DNA of 64,000 nt from Raillietiella orientalis (lineage: Eukaryota): assembly GCA_036172245.1 (NCBI GenBank), contig JAYWIR010000018.1:2356001-2420000 (forward strand). The letters are read 5' to 3'. Under the pieces are notes generated by a model. It made no database searches and was not told the origin of the DNA. It worked only from the letters and a program-made list of their open reading frames with translations. Made by a program: the position numbers and the translations under genes. Below are positions 45,204 to 60,200 of the stretch, piece by piece (within the stretch, counting starts at the first letter, position 1; each line of letters starts with the position of its first letter).

Positions 45204-48200
45204 CTGCAGGAAGAGAAACCACAGAAGTCCTGCAGGTTCCGAATGAGACGATTGGAAGATCCAAGGATGCAAAAGAAAAGCACGGTCCGAGTTTGCCCTC
45301 TCTCGTTGCCACAGTAACGGGACAAAGCAAACCCAGACCCGCGTTTTCCTTCTGGATCGAGGAAGGGGGGGAAGGGAGGGGAGATAGAGGGTTGTTACGC
45401 ACTGACCATCGAGTGCTGGATCGCCAGCAGCAGAAACTCGCTCTCGAAACAACCGCGAAGACGGTGACAGCGGATGTTCTTGCCTCCACTTGCGACCACC
45501 ACCGTCCTTGTCGCACGAGGAAACGTCCAGGGTCGCGGAAACAGGAAAGTAAAGCATGGGGGAGCGCTTAAAGGAACATCACAAGGAGGTCGATCCGGAC
45601 ACCAAGAACAACGGCCGCACTTTAGCAGTTTGGAGCGTCGTCTCCGCAGATGCAGACTGGATGAATGTCCGTAGTGCGGGGGTTCATGCTCTCAGATGGG
45701 AAGGACGAACTTTGTAAGGGCGCAGTCAGGTGTGACAATGATAATCCCAAGCCTCTGACCGCCTTCAGCATACAGTAGGAAACGAGGGTGACAACCTCGA
45801 GACGGGAGTATATCCAGCTTCCTCGGAAACGGAGAGAAAGAGAAAATTGGTCTTGGACTGCATGAGACGTGAAGGAAACGCTGCACCAAACGGTTTATTC
45901 AATTCTCTGCCCTGGTGACTCCAGGGAGGTGATCGGTTCCCCGAACTATGTGATCAGAGGACGAGATCAGGAAAAGGAAGTCTGATCGCTCCTTCACGTC
46001 CCTGAAATCCTTGCAGCACACCATCCTTCGCTGTGCCGAGCCACAAGCTCCATGGCACTCCGACTGGCGTCGTAGAGTTCTGACAGATGGTGCTGGAGGG
46101 AACCCACAGCTTGCGAAGTCCCTTCCAGCCTTCACACTCAGGTGGATGAGGAGGATCAGCCAAGACCACCCCCCAGAGATGGAATCTGATTGCTTCTCAG
46201 GATCTCGTCTTCCTTCTTTTCGCCGAAAACCCGCAGATCTCGAACCCAGGTTGAACTTCAAGAAGGCATTTCGTAGCCGCGAGCATTAGGAGGATAGAAT
46301 GAAGGGCGGGGAGCAACTTTCGCCTCCTCTGCAATTCATGCCGGAAATCATCAGCGATGATGCCCGTCCTCATCAAAGAGAGCGCGGGGAAAGAGAAAGA
46401 CCGGTATCTCATTACCGAGCTATCAGGCTTAATGACGTGGAGTCTCCTGTACTGGTTGCCAGCGGAGCGCTAACGGTCCATTCCTCCCTGCAAGCGCCAG
46501 GACCGTGCATTGGAAGGCCTACTGTTCGGGAAGAGAAACTGCTGGTGTCGACTCAAGGTGGGTGAGCAATGAGGACCAGTGTGTCAACGGGATCCTTCCA
46601 GAAGGTTTCCAAGTTGACAGAGAGTGCATGAGGCCAGGAACCCCCTGTGGGACGCATTCATCTCAAGGAGAACCAGAGAATCGGGCGGTCTCGTTCTTCG
46701 AGAGTGCCGTCCGAGCCACGAGGAATCCTTCTCCTCTTCTGGGGAGGGCCTGGCGAGGCACGCGAACACCAGGCACTCCCTAGAGAGGCAACGAAGATCA
46801 GGCACCTTCCTTTCCTCCCTTCTCCTCCCTCCAGAAGTGGAGCGGGAGCAGGCGCTCCAACATCCCTGAGCTACAAAACGAGAGAGCTGGGCACAGCCTC
46901 CAATGAAGCCGTACCTGCAGATCATTTGGAAGTGAACGCCTCAAAGTGAGATCAAGAGGGACAGGGGTCCGGAAGACGCCAGATCTGGGAGCGAAGGGAA
47001 CAATAGGGCTCCATTTGTATTGGAGAGCGCATGGGTTGCGTAGGAAGCGCTTATGAGAACGAAGCAGTGAAAGGCTTTTCCGCATCCCATTTACAGAGGA
47101 AAACGCTTCCGAGCACTCAGGGATAAACCAAAAGCGTTTCATTGTGCACGAATGCCTTCTGGCTAAAAGGTTTGCAGCAGGAAGAAAAAGTTCGAAAATC
47201 GCGGGGAAGCGGTCAAAGCCCTCGATCATCATTCCCTCAGTCCCGTGGTCTCTTCTCCGGCAGACCAGTTGGGAGAGGAACAGAAAAAAGATTCACCTCG
47301 CATCTCTGACTAGGATCGCAGGGCACTCTTTCACACGTCCCTATCCGGTTCCTCCAGGAGAAAGCGAATTCTTTTCTTTCGGTTACGGGTCTCTCGCAGA
47401 GTGGCGATTCGCCACAAAGGGGCACTCTGAGACAGGAAATTGCCATTCTCGCCCTATAATTAACCGCAATTAACTCGGTCGAGCGCGCGGAGTGCAGACA
47501 CGCATCCGGCCCACTCAGCGGGAACCGGCGGGTTGAACTTCGCCCCGGAGATCCGTCGAAACGCACTCTGAACGAAAGGGGTGAATGCAAAGGATCTGCC
47601 GCTTGTTAACTCTGGAAGCGAGGGCAAAACAACCGCCGCTTATCAGGGGTGAGCGAGGAAGGGACGCGCTCTGGACGGAAAGGGCGACGAAGGAAAGCGC
47701 TTCTCCTGCCATGGCAACGACCCCTTGGAAGCAAGGAACCGGGAGGAAAAACCTCTCGATCCGGGAGAGCTTTCCAGTAAGGTCCAGTTCCCAGTGCTCG
47801 CGGGGGGAAAAATCAGCCCCTTTCCTTCCTCCTCCTGATCCCAGACGGTTCCTTAAACTATGCGAACCACATTTAGCAGAACGATCCGTGGATGGCGAAA
47901 AAGAATGGGAGAAACGAGCGGAAGGGCAGGCGAGATCGCCGGGTGGATTGAAGGCGCGAACCGTGCTCAAGTTGCCAGCAACAACAACTTCCCATCTCCC
48001 CGGGTGAAGAAAAAAAAAGACAACACTCCAAAGGAAAAGAGCGAGAAGTCCATTCCAACAAAAACGGAAAGTTCTTGCTCTTCCCGTTAGAAAGAGTGGT
48101 CCTCCAGACAGTGGCGGTGCCACTTTGGTTCCGAGCGTGGGCTTTGCAGAAGTCAGGAACTGCGTCTTCAGCGCGCGCGCACTCGCGCCTCTGAGATCCA

Positions 48201-51200
48201 CCGTGACCTTCAGCCGCAAAGTGCGTGGAAACGACCAGCGGAGGCACGCGAAAAGTCATGCCGAGGGAACTCAGCTGGGAATCCGTCAGTCCACAACCCA
48301 ACTGAGAATATCACCTTTCGAGATGGAAATAGAAAGTGCAACGCGCAACTGCCGTTGCTCCTCGGTTTCATTTCGAAATTCCAAAGATCCCTGGAAGACC
48401 CCGCGAGGCATATTAGGCACAAGAATGCGTGCACGTTGCATCTTGAAAATCGGTAACAGTGTGGCGGATGATGAATTTGGAAAGTGCCGAAAGGGATTTT
48501 CCCTAGGAGTGGGGCATTAAGATGCTTCAGATCCAAGATGGAACGATACCCCCCCCCCCCCTTTTTTTTTTCCCTTGAGATTCTACGGCACCTCAGCTGA
48601 CTTAGTGAAAAGCATTTTTTTTTTTTTCCTTTTTCCTGCTTCTCTTCGCCCAGTCACAAAATTGATAGCCACGTACTTCAGGGAGCCACTGACGCGAATT
48701 GATTTGTGAGGAAAAATCAGGCCCCAGCACTGACCGCAACACTTGCTTGTTTTCGTGACCTCTTAGGAGAGAGACACTCGAAGAGAGATGCATGATTTAG
48801 GCGGATGATCCTGAATCCCATCACTCCTTGGCTCCCAATAAGAGATGCTGTGCATTCAAAAAATGAGGCTTTGATTGTGGAACGTTTGGCTCGTGGTGCG
48901 GGTGGCACGCTTGCACGTCACTCCCTCACGAAAAGGAGGGGGGCCGGACGAGGCGCCTAATACCCTGTGAGTTGGGCGATTCGGTAGGAAACTGGCTGCT
49001 GTGCGCAAATCTCTAAGGCCATTTTGTTCCGGTTCGCAACGAAATTTTGGACTCCTCTTCGCGACATGTGATTTGCCCAGGCGCTTCCCTTTTTTTTTTT
49101 GTCTTTTTTGTAACAACAGTGCGGTAGGTCTCTGCTACTTACAGAAGATCCAATAAAGTCATTAGGATCATGCTGTTCATAAGTGCCATCCTTCAGAAGT
49201 CGCACTGCTCGGTTACACGTGAATCGTCCCCACTGGAGTTTGCTCCTGGCCAGCGCTTCTCTTTAATGTGTTTCAAGGTACGATGCTTCTTTGCAATGAG
49301 ACGAGCCCATTTCCGTACGAATTCATCCACTCCTTCCATGAGAGCATCTCATAAATCATTCCTCACTGCAGTGGCGCAAGCGTTGCATTATTGACGGCGT
49401 GGTCTTCTACCAGCATGTATCTTTCACACAGGGCCCTTGTAGATCTCTCTTCTCTTTACTTGGCATACACTTGTGTGGTGCTGACAGCGGCGAGAACTCT
49501 GTCGTCTTCTCTTCAGCTGCTGACGTGCTCACTTTTGTGTCGTTTCCATCGACTGGTTCTTTTGCTCGAGTTGGACTCTGGCGTTGGCTGGCGCTCGCTG
49601 CGCTTGCGTTTCCTCCCTGTCGTTTTTTTTTTTTTTTTGTTTGTTTGTTTGTTTCCACCTCAATCCCAAGAGGTCCTCAAACGTAAGCAGCACGTTGCGC
49701 TTCCGAAAGCGAGAAAGGAGTAGATGGGCCTGATGGCATCCTTCAGAGAGCACACCGCCTCCTCTTCTTCTGCCTCAGAAATCCCACCCAGGAGTTGCAG
49801 CTCCTGACTGCTGCTGGGCGGCGGCAGCGGCTTCCTGTTCCAGAGGGAAGAGCGCAGTGAAATCGAAACAAGGAAGCCACCACCCTCTTCTTCCTCGTTT
49901 GGCCTCAGGGGGATGCCGCTGGCCAGCCGGCTTTCAGGAGGCTGCTACTCAGATGTGGCGCTCCCAGAGACACCAGGGCCTTGTTCTGCAGGCAAGTGCA
50001 ACGGAAATGAGCGAGGAGCACTTTCTTCAGGCTGACAGCTCCGGGTTCCTTCAGGCTTTTCCTAGCATTCCGCCGTCAGAGCTGTCTCCTTGTCCGGGTC
50101 TTCCAACAGGTCGTCTCCAGGGTCTGGATAGGTCTGCTAGCCGTCTCCAGCCCTCTGGAGACGGCTAGAAGCCTCCAGCGATCACGACTTCTTGTCACTC
50201 CTCCCCCTTCCGCTGGGCAACCATAAGCATGTCTAAGAACCCAGAAACCGTCCGCAGAGTTCACAGTTTCGATGTAAGCTGGGCTAGGCTGGCAGCTTCT
50301 CATGAAGCCTTGGGAATGTTCCAGGGGGAACCACGAGAACACCTTGTTTTCCTCTCAGGAAGTATTTTCCATTTTTTTTTTATTTTTTGGCTGACTGGAA
50401 AGATTCCGGTCCGAAAACGGTTGCATTTCTCGAGATAAAATGTTCTCTGCATCCAGAGAAAACCCACACCGATCTTTGGGCTCCAACACATCCGCGGGTG
50501 TGTAAGAAATCGTGAAAGCCAGCAAGCATCATGCGATCACGTGTGCCCAGAAGTCGACCGAGGAGGTCTGTCTGATGCAAAAGGACGCTCAGCTTATTCG
50601 CGTATCCATCCAGATTAATAATGGCGATTCGGAAATGACGAGCGATAGGAAGAGCGATAAAAAATGGATACATGAATGTAGCAGTAGGCTAATCACACAT
50701 CAATTAATGATGATGAGTGGATGGCCTCCGTCTCGACTTTTGGACTCGTTTCTGCTTGTTCCTCTCTGACTGCGTTAATGGGAAGCACTTGAAACTCCGA
50801 CTGTGCTTGCAGTGGAAATTCCGGTGAGCAGAGGTGGCCAAAAGAATAAGAATCCATAATTTCCGTTTCAGTTTTTGTGAATTCTATGAATTTTTGATAG
50901 AACGAATGTCTTCTTGAAAGAGAGGAGAAAATGAGAAAGAAGCACTAAACCACCATCCATTATGCATCAGAATGAGTTTGTGCAGAAGTGTTTTCCGGTC
51001 ATGGAAGCAGGTTCCTAATGTGTAAGTGCTCCAACGGGAACTCCTTCAAATGCTCCCTGCCTAAAATCCACCATAAGTGAATTCAATAAATGAACTCGTG
51101 ATTCCAAGTGAACATAGGACTGTAATAGGGTGGTGATGTGGTTCGAGTAATTGCGTACACACAATAAAAATTTCAAGGTTCTCTTCAAGACAAATACTCA

Positions 51201-54200
51201 CGGTTCGAATGTTGCTGACCCAGCAGTTCACTTAGCAACCATCAGATCTTCATGCCCAAGAAGCACTTTCAGCTGACATCGCTTCCTATGAAGAGCCATC
51301 GCAAGATGGATGTGTTTTAGGAAACGGTTGCCTTACCTAAATTTAGCGCCTGCTTCCTGCAACATTTCGCTGGGAAATTCTAATAACTGTTACTCGTAAC
51401 CGTTATAATTTATGATGATTATCACATTCATTCATTATTCTAATTTTAAATTATTCTAATTTAGGCTGGTCGACACAGAACTGCTCGCTGAATAACTGAT
51501 ACATTTATCATCGCTGCAAGTATTAGTTTTCGGGACAGGCATTTTGCATGATGTCGTCGTGGACGAAAAGTTTTAGATAGAATGTTAATTCCCCAACCAT
51601 GATAGCCATCGAATTCACTAAATTGATCTGCAATCATTCCAGTTCCACTTTCTTATTTCAATGAGAAAGCTCTGAATTGAGTAGTGTTTTCACGGACTTC
51701 CAAGGCTGATTTTCGGAGAATCTGAAAAGCGCCACAAACATCCGAAAAGATAGAATGTATGATGATGGACCCTTCATTATTCTAAACATCGGTACTGTAT
51801 TCGTTATTCTGCACATCCGAATAGTAAATGTTCTTAGGTAAGTAAATATTCTGGTAGTGTCATTTCTTCTATCATTACCGTAGGAGTCCTGAAGGTCCCT
51901 GGATATCTGGGGCCGTCTCCAGGGGGCGCTCCGATCCTGCTGGAAGACCCAGACAAAGAGGCAGTTCTTACGGCGGAAGAGCCTGGGATGAACCCGGAGC
52001 GGTTTGAGAGACACCTGGAGATATGAATGATCCTACACGCTCATCGCGATTTCTAGATATGAAACGTTGCAATGAAGCGACTGTACGCGCTGCAAGTGGC
52101 CGTTGGCACTTCTGATCCGTCCATCGGAGAAAAGATGCAGATTATCGTCGAAAGCCTTGTCTTCTCGATTTCCTTAATCATGCCGTCGATGCCGACAGTC
52201 TTATGCAGTGCTTTTCAATGCACAGAGTCAGCTTGGGGAACAAATCGAAATTCGTCAGCGTCAGGAACTCTTCATGACTCGAGACGTTTGGCCACCTAAG
52301 TGGCCGAATGTCATATACGTATATATCAAAAGGCATATCAAAAAGCTTGAACAGAAACTGATCGAACGGACACGGATGGGGCTGGTAGAACTAACTGAAC
52401 ACGTTGTTTCCAGGGATATGGTCAGAAATTTCTCGAGGGTGAGCACCATGTAACCCTCAATGCATAAAACAGTGATATGAGGCAGTATTGCTGCAGAACT
52501 CCTACCGAGGCACAAGAACAGTGCTTTCTTAGTCAGATTGCATCTTGCAGGCAGATCGCTAGTAGTAACGGAAAATCAGAAAGTGCAAATGGATTTCCAA
52601 GTGCAAGCTGATGCTATGAGAAACTCTTCGATACCGGTTGCTGTGTACCATACGGGAGTAGGTAATTCTAATTGCTGAAAATTGCAAGATGTCTTACATT
52701 TCGAAACAGAAGAAAAGCATCTCTCTCCTTCGAACGCATCTCCATCACTCCTTCGAGGAATATCCATACTGAATCGTACACTAAAAGAGAACATCAGAAG
52801 ATTTGGATCCTCTTTTGGAAAGCCATACAATTCCACAAAAAACCTGATCAAAGTACTTTTTTTTCTATAACGGTTTAGTAGGTGAACTCCACAAACAACA
52901 CAATAGAATTCCTGCCTCTTGATTTCTATGATAAAAATTTAGGAATTTTTTTTTTTTTTTTTCGTCTTGGGTATGTGGTTCGATTTGTCGTCTCAATCTA
53001 CTAGCTATGTATTATCCTCAAACTGATTAAAATTTCCCTCGAAGGAACGAGCCAAAATACCCTGAAAATCGTTCCATAATTTGCAAAAGATTGTTCTAGA
53101 AAAAAGAATTACGATTTCGATTCCGTTGCTTCTGTTTTATTTTTTTTTTTGCGTAGAACTTTGGAATCTTTTTCAGGGAGATGAAGAAGAAGAACGTACT
53201 GATTATGTTGAAGAAGATTCAACTCACTGAGGATTCACGTGCAATGAACGATATTTGACAACCTTGACTGAAATTGACCTGACCTGCAAGAAACGCAGCC
53301 ACAGAAGAACCTATAGAGAGGAAACTTTGTTTAAATCACTGACAGAACGAGCCTGTATGAAAGAAGTCCGAACACTAGGGTTAAATTTCCCTAATTTAGG
53401 AAAAGTTCCCAGTGAAATTCTCACAGGGAACCTTAGGAACACTGCCTTTCCAAGTATTGGAATCAAAATGGCAGCACCCAGTGCACAATGGAGGGAGGGG
53501 GGGGATATGTGCGCGTGTCAGCTCGCCACTGTGGACAAATCTCCCTCCGGTGATAAGACATGAAAACTCAGCGGCAAACATAGGTATGCGTGCATGCCTC
53601 AGAATAGAGCGACATCCATGGTAACGAAAAAAGGAACACTCATTCGAAGGAAACGTCAGCCAGTAACGTTAAACCCTTTCTATAGAGTAAAGGAAATGCG
53701 TACGCCGAAGGGAAGACTCATTTGCAAAGTCAGTGTGCTCATCCTAATTCCAAAAGTGCTGATTTTTCTGGGGGCAGCTCGAATTTTCTGCACAATGCAC
53801 TCGATCTAAAAACAGACTTCTGGAATAGGACAAGAAAGGTGAAGAGATGCTGACCACCGCTTTCCTCAAGGTGGTCGCTCGCTCGAGCTGTTTAACAATC
53901 ATTTCAAAGTCTGTCCTCCATTTCAGATGGAAATCGTCAGTTTCAAAAGACAAAAGCAGGATTGCAGCTGCTAAAAAAACTTTTGCAAGAAATCAAATGA
54001 GGTTTCACGAACCAATCAAAAACTTTAGCAAATAAAAGATTTCAAAAATACCAACAATCTACAGCTACTGCTGTAGATTTCAAATTACTTTAGTATTTTT
54101 AAACTCTTGAAACCAGAATAATTGTTTTGGTCTGAAGCTATTAACATATAATTGAATGGTTCCAAATCCATCTCTCATAAACAAACCCCCCAAAAATAAA

Positions 54201-57200
54201 TAAATAAAGCAATTTCTGACCCATGCAAATGTTTTTTTTTTTTCTTTTCTTGTGAGCAGCATGCTCAGAATATCTGTAACTCAGAAGAATATGCTTGTCT
54301 AGAAAGAGTTATTATGCTAAAATAGAAAACTGCAAGCAGCAATCTTCATTCTGAAGCCATTTTGAAAATGCCTGGGAATTTTTTTCTGCTCTGGACTCCA
54401 TTTTTTTCTTTTCCTTTTGCGTAAGATTCTTGTGAAAGATTAGCACTGATTTTAAATACAGCACAAAGTAAAAAGTATTTTTTTCCAACAAACGAAAATG
54501 TATGAAAACGGAAGCAATGTTCCATGGTTTACGTAGTTTGGAAATTTTATCTAAAAACTGATTTTATCCAAGCATCTGAGAAAGTATCTCAGATAATCAG
54601 AAAAGTTCAAAGGAAGGAAAAAAAATTATAGTAACAAAATTAGTGCGTGAATAGAGTTGAAGCTCCGTCTTCCTGGAGTTCATTGGAAAAATGAGGTGTT
54701 GAAGTACATAACGCAAAAGGCTAACTGTGAGCTTTGAAAACGAAAGCATAAATCGCGTGAAATGCAATTTCACACGAGCACATTCCCATTGTGTGATCAG
54801 AAATAAAACGAAAAAAAAAAAAAAAAAACTCTGAGAAGTGATACACCAGCCGTCGGCAACTTAAACGGTCTGCTTTCAGAAGTATTCAGAACGAAGCAAT
54901 GGTCCGAAAAATCTAGCAGGTAAAAGGGTGTTTTTATGAGCTTCTATAAAGTTGATCACAGCAAAATAAAGCTTCCAAGGATTTATCAACGAAAGAAGAG
55001 TGCGTACGTAGGAAATACAGATGTTTCAAAATGCTGAACAACTCCGATAATCGGCCGGGTTTATTGTGGCAATCCTGAAGTGGAAAGCCATTAGAAATTC
55101 TGTGGGCACGTGCGAGCTCTATTTTTCTTTTGGGGACGGAATGTACAGAATCTTGTTTCGAGACCACATCGCTAAGAGCCGCTTCCAGGAAACATCAGCA
55201 AAGTCAGAATAAAAGGAAAGATCTCGAAGAGCCCACCGAAAAGCAAGGAAACCGCAGAGCTCAGGTCGGAAACGACTCCAAAAGAAGGCGGACGCTCCGG
55301 CTACGGGAAGGATACCGAATAAATCCAATTAAGTGGGCAAGAAAACGTTCCGTGAGTGCGATAATAGCCAACTGAAATAAATCCAAATAGCAGAGTCAAT
55401 CTCTTTTCTCCTAAGGATTGCAGTGCTTTAATTCTTACGTTAAATCGTGAACAAAGCGAATGTTCCCATTTCTTTAAAAGGAAACGAATTCCTCCCAATT
55501 CAAGTGACTCTGAATTCACCATTCTGCAAGTCGGTCTGTGGATTGCATTTAGATGAACAGAGAATCGCTTTGGCTCATTAAATGCAAGTCGGATAAAATT
55601 TCATGGCAGACTATTTTTAGAAATACAAATTTTATCGGAAAAACCGTAGGAATCCATGGAGAAGAGTTGTGTTCTTTTCGAACCGGCACTTTGTACCTCT
55701 GTGAGACCTGCCTCTGCTAATAACAAACAAATACTTGAGAAAGGCATCTGAAAATGAGCCCAACTCTGATTAGCATGAAAATAATTCTGAAAACAAGCTC
55801 ATACAGTTTACTTTGTAGCAAACGATACGAACTGCTCTCAGTATTCTTTATGAAAGGTCAGAACGCTTGGGGAGCGAAATCTCGCGATGAGCAATTGCTA
55901 GGCAACACTTCTGAAGAATGAAAACACGAAAGAGATGTGCAGCAGAGAATCTATTCAAACAAACAATTTTCAGTGACTCCAATTTGTTGTATCATGTCGA
56001 AGAAAGTTCTATAATCACTAAGGAAATCAAATGGTCCAGAAAATTTAATCATGGGAGAGAAACTCATCTTTCCTCTTTCAGAGACGCGTGTAACTGTCAG
56101 TGATGCTCGAAGACAAAAGTGCTAGATGTCAGTTGGTGTAGAATTTGTTTGCAAAGCTTATCTTGAACTGTTGGTTGCGATGAAGGCCTTTTTGAAAAAG
56201 AAGAACGGTCCCTAAGTTGTAGGGTGGTAAGTAGTTTTCAGGCCCTCGCTGAAACGAGTGCAGAAACTTTTGCAGAGGTCGTTAAGACTGCAGCATAGCA
56301 TAAACCTGAAATGATCTTCCTGCTGTAGAAGAAACCTTCTGCAAGTCTACGTTACCAAAGCATTCTATCTGCGCTTCTTTCTCATCGCAAAACCGGTCAT
56401 CTGTCTAAGCTTTCCTAACTCTCAAATAGGCTTTCTATGCTGATGGCCGACAAAAGGGCCATTCGACCTCTACGTGTAGTCCAATAATTCCCACCACCTC
56501 TGCTGAGAAAGGTGCAGAAAAACGGTTCGGTCTTGTCTCCTCATGTGGAAGAATCGCCGTGAATTCCGCCTGATGTGCGAAAGATTTCACCTGCGATGCT
56601 GCAGAATGAGAATAAGGACCGACATCCACAGCTTTTTGAAACCGGAAAAGTGTTGATACCTGCATGCGCAAAATTGGCATTCGTCGAACGATTGAGTATT
56701 GAATAAATTATATGCACGTATGTTGCATATGTATTTATCTACCATTATTCGTATAATTTGAACTTCATTTTACATACGAATGTGCGCTTGACTTATACAT
56801 TTATGGACATCAGTGAGTACCTTACTTACGTCTGAAACATATGCATCAGCGTTGGGCAACCAAGAAGGAACTTCTTGGTAACCCAAGATGATTTCAGGCA
56901 GACCATGAAGAAAACCTAATTCACTCACAAAAGAACTCCTTGTTCATCTACCGAGATAGAGTTGATAGTAAAGAACTAGCCTGGAACAGCAGGAAAAGAA
57001 ATAGTCGCGGACTTCTTCACTTTGGCTCAGATTCTGCTTTCAGTGCTCTGCATCGACACGCTCCGGCTCTCCTTGGGAACTTCCCCTGGGACATCACATG
57101 GTCCTTTTCCCTTTTCATTTATACATCTCGGATCCTCTTCCTCCATTGACTTTCGATGTTAGGAGGCAACCTCTAAGTGACTCGTCCTCCTCTAAGTGTT

Positions 57201-60200
57201 GAGTTGGATAGATCTGAGAGCCTTCCGGAGGTACTGCCACGTCAGCTCTCACTGATTGGGATCATCTCAGGTATACGGTGCCCAGAGTCAAGATGATCAT
57301 CATCACGCTGCAACAGCTGCATTTACGGAATGCTTAAAGAAAATGACCTCAGCTGTTGCCGGTTCACCCCGCGAGCCGAGTCTCCATCGTGCCTTCCGAT
57401 GGGGTGGGATGCGGGAGCCCTTCTGGATCGAAAGTGACAAACCGAACGGACTGCATCGTACAAGTGATTGCCTTTCCGTCGCGATTCGTCCCGCGAACGA
57501 GACCCTCGGGTCTGAGAGAGATGCTGGATGCGATCACCGAAGATCGACTTTTCCCGACGAAAGGCAGTTGGCCCCTGATGAGGGTCCCGTTTAGTCCTAC
57601 AGGGAAAGCGAATCTCTCTTTCTTCTTCTTTCCAGGAGGATTGCCTACGCGACAGAAGAACTGTAGGGAGGAAGAAGGAAGGATGGGCATTTTTCGTCCA
57701 AAGAGCGGTAGGTAACGGGTCGAGTTCCCCAAACAACTAACGATCGAGAACGGAATAATATGACCATCCTATCACCATCGTTTCTATTCTTTTCTTGATA
57801 AGGGTGATCTTTCCTTTTCAGACAAGGATAATAGGGTGAGCATGAGAGATGCGTATGTTAGTCATTTCCGAGTCGCTCTTCCAGATGCGTGCGTGCTTCT
57901 AGGGAGACTTAGAATGGAAGAATCTTCCAGGATTCTTTCATTCTAGTGAAATAATTGGGAACATTGTTGATGAGGCATTCATTGGATGATAGAGACAGAT
58001 TAAATTGAAGGAATGGGGGGATGAAACCAGAAGAGTCCATGCTAGAAATAGCACTTACTTACTGGCGTTGGATAGTATTGTTCTTCGTTATGGAATTTCT
58101 CGTCCCTTGGATGACGTCACCCGTCTCGGTGAGGGCTCACGAGTTGTGTTGCTTCATGTTGCCAAATTTCTTTTGAAGAGGAAACAAACAAACAAATGAA
58201 AACACGCAAAATGAAGAAAGTTGGACAGAACCCCTTCCCCCAATCATTAGGACATCTTTAGGATTATCATTATAGACTTTCTAGGGTTATTCTGAAACAT
58301 ACGCAGCTGGAGATTTCGAAAGCAGGCACTTTCAGTGTTCTGAGCTGTGCAATCTCATTTCAGGGTAGCCAAAAAGCAGAAAGTGTTCTACTGCTTCTCT
58401 GACGGGCTTGATAGGGCGAATTAGTCTGCTCCTTTCTATGATACCGCTTTGTTGAAATACGCCATCTTTCTAAGAGTGAAAGTGTACTCTCTTCGATTGT
58501 GACCAGCGGAAGATTCTCTACACAACGGGAAACTCTAACGAGCAACTCTTCACCGAAAACCTGCTATCGAAAAATCGATCTTCCCACTTGTGCTTTCGAA
58601 GAGCCACCCTCTGTGGATAGATATGATCTTAAGATCACTGAGGCATGAGCTGCTCGAATCAACAGACATTTCCTTCTCATTCCGATCCTCATTTAGAGCG
58701 CGCTCTTTGAAAACAGTTTCCAGAAAGAGTCCTTGTATGAATAATTCGTTATGCCAACCACCACCATGGCGTATGAGTGAGCAACAGGGCAACAGCAGAT
58801 GACCCCTAACCACTGGCTCATAAATGGCATATCTTAGCGTGGAAGACGCGTTCCAATGCACCTTCATGGAGACTGCTGAGATTCTGAGTGAAGTGGGAAA
58901 AACGAGAAGAGGTGTTGGACGCTTCTCTGGTTCACAGGAAGTGAAAACAACCTCAGACGTTCGGATTCCGGAAGAGCGAACATTATAAGAGGGAGTTTTC
59001 GAATTCGGAGAGAAGGCTCTTTGACAAGAGCGGGGGAACGAACCAAGGCGACGGGTGCGATGATTCATGCAGAATAATCTCGGATCAAGTCCTTCTTCAA
59101 GGTGCTGTAGGGAAAGCAAGGGTGACCCGGTCATGCTCATTCGAAAGTCTGAAGTTGAAAAAACATAAGAGTTCTTATACGAGTGTTTCTTAGAGGGGAG
59201 AGGGAGAAGAACTTAAATGCAAAGGTGAAAGAGAAACTTTTTATTGCTTATGTGTGCATTTACATAATTGGTTCCAGGGGAGCTCTGGACATTCTTTCGC
59301 AGTTTCTCCTCCGTTTACTTGGGGCGCTCTCCGCTCCTCTTCAGGGTGCTTTGTCCGCTTCCTGGCTTCCGTACGGTGAGAGAAGATTGTCTGGATTCTC
59401 CATCCGGCTGTAGGTTTTCCTTGCGACGTGGGCTGCATATGCACTTGAGTATCGGATACACGCAGACGCCATCCGGTACCTCAGTTTCACCAGCTTCTTC
59501 TTTGGTATTCCTATATCTTGTAATACTTCTCGTTATCAAGATCCCATGCTCCCAGAGATGAACGCGTGTACTTTGATTTGCTTTCCGCATTTTTCCAGTT
59601 GTAGTAGCTACATCCTTGTATTTTCCTCCCTTGTTCTTCTTTGTTTTCCTCCATAGGCAGCAGACGTCTAGCACACATCCGGTTCCCTTTTTGCATGAAC
59701 AGATCCTGTTTTAGGGTGGAAGTTGTTCCTGGCACTCTCTGGTTTCTTGACACAAGACTCCACTCCGCTTAGGTCGCTCCTCTTCGTTCCGGTTTTAGGG
59801 TGAAGGAGAAACAAAGCGGTTGGTGCAAAGAAAGCAAATGTAGCACGATTCCAGGAGACAGGGGCTTTTCCTGACTTTTGCAAAGAATCCTCTTGAGAAG
59901 GCACGGATGCCATCAACTTGAGACATTGGTTGTTCTGTCTAGCGGAGAAACCGCCGTCTGGTTCCGGGAACTAGCTCCTCTCCAAGAAAATGCCGCTTCG
60001 AGACGGCAAACGAGGGAAGAGTGACTTGTCAGCATCTTCCTCTTGTTCTTCCACCTGCGGGGCACAAAAGGCGGCGCAACTCTTGCTGTAAAACCTATCC
60101 CACACAACAGCACGGTACTATGGCACCGGGCGTGCGAGGGTGCATCGAAGGATCAACACTCCAAGCTCAGCACACCATTGCGTCGTTAGGTGCCCCCTCC

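Noticed and set aside
44735..45571. 278-aa ORF on +
   Set aside because: Antisense shadow over a gene B exon; no domain.
52072..52878. Several short ORFs in the AT-rich region
   Set aside because: No recognisable homology or consistent exon chain.
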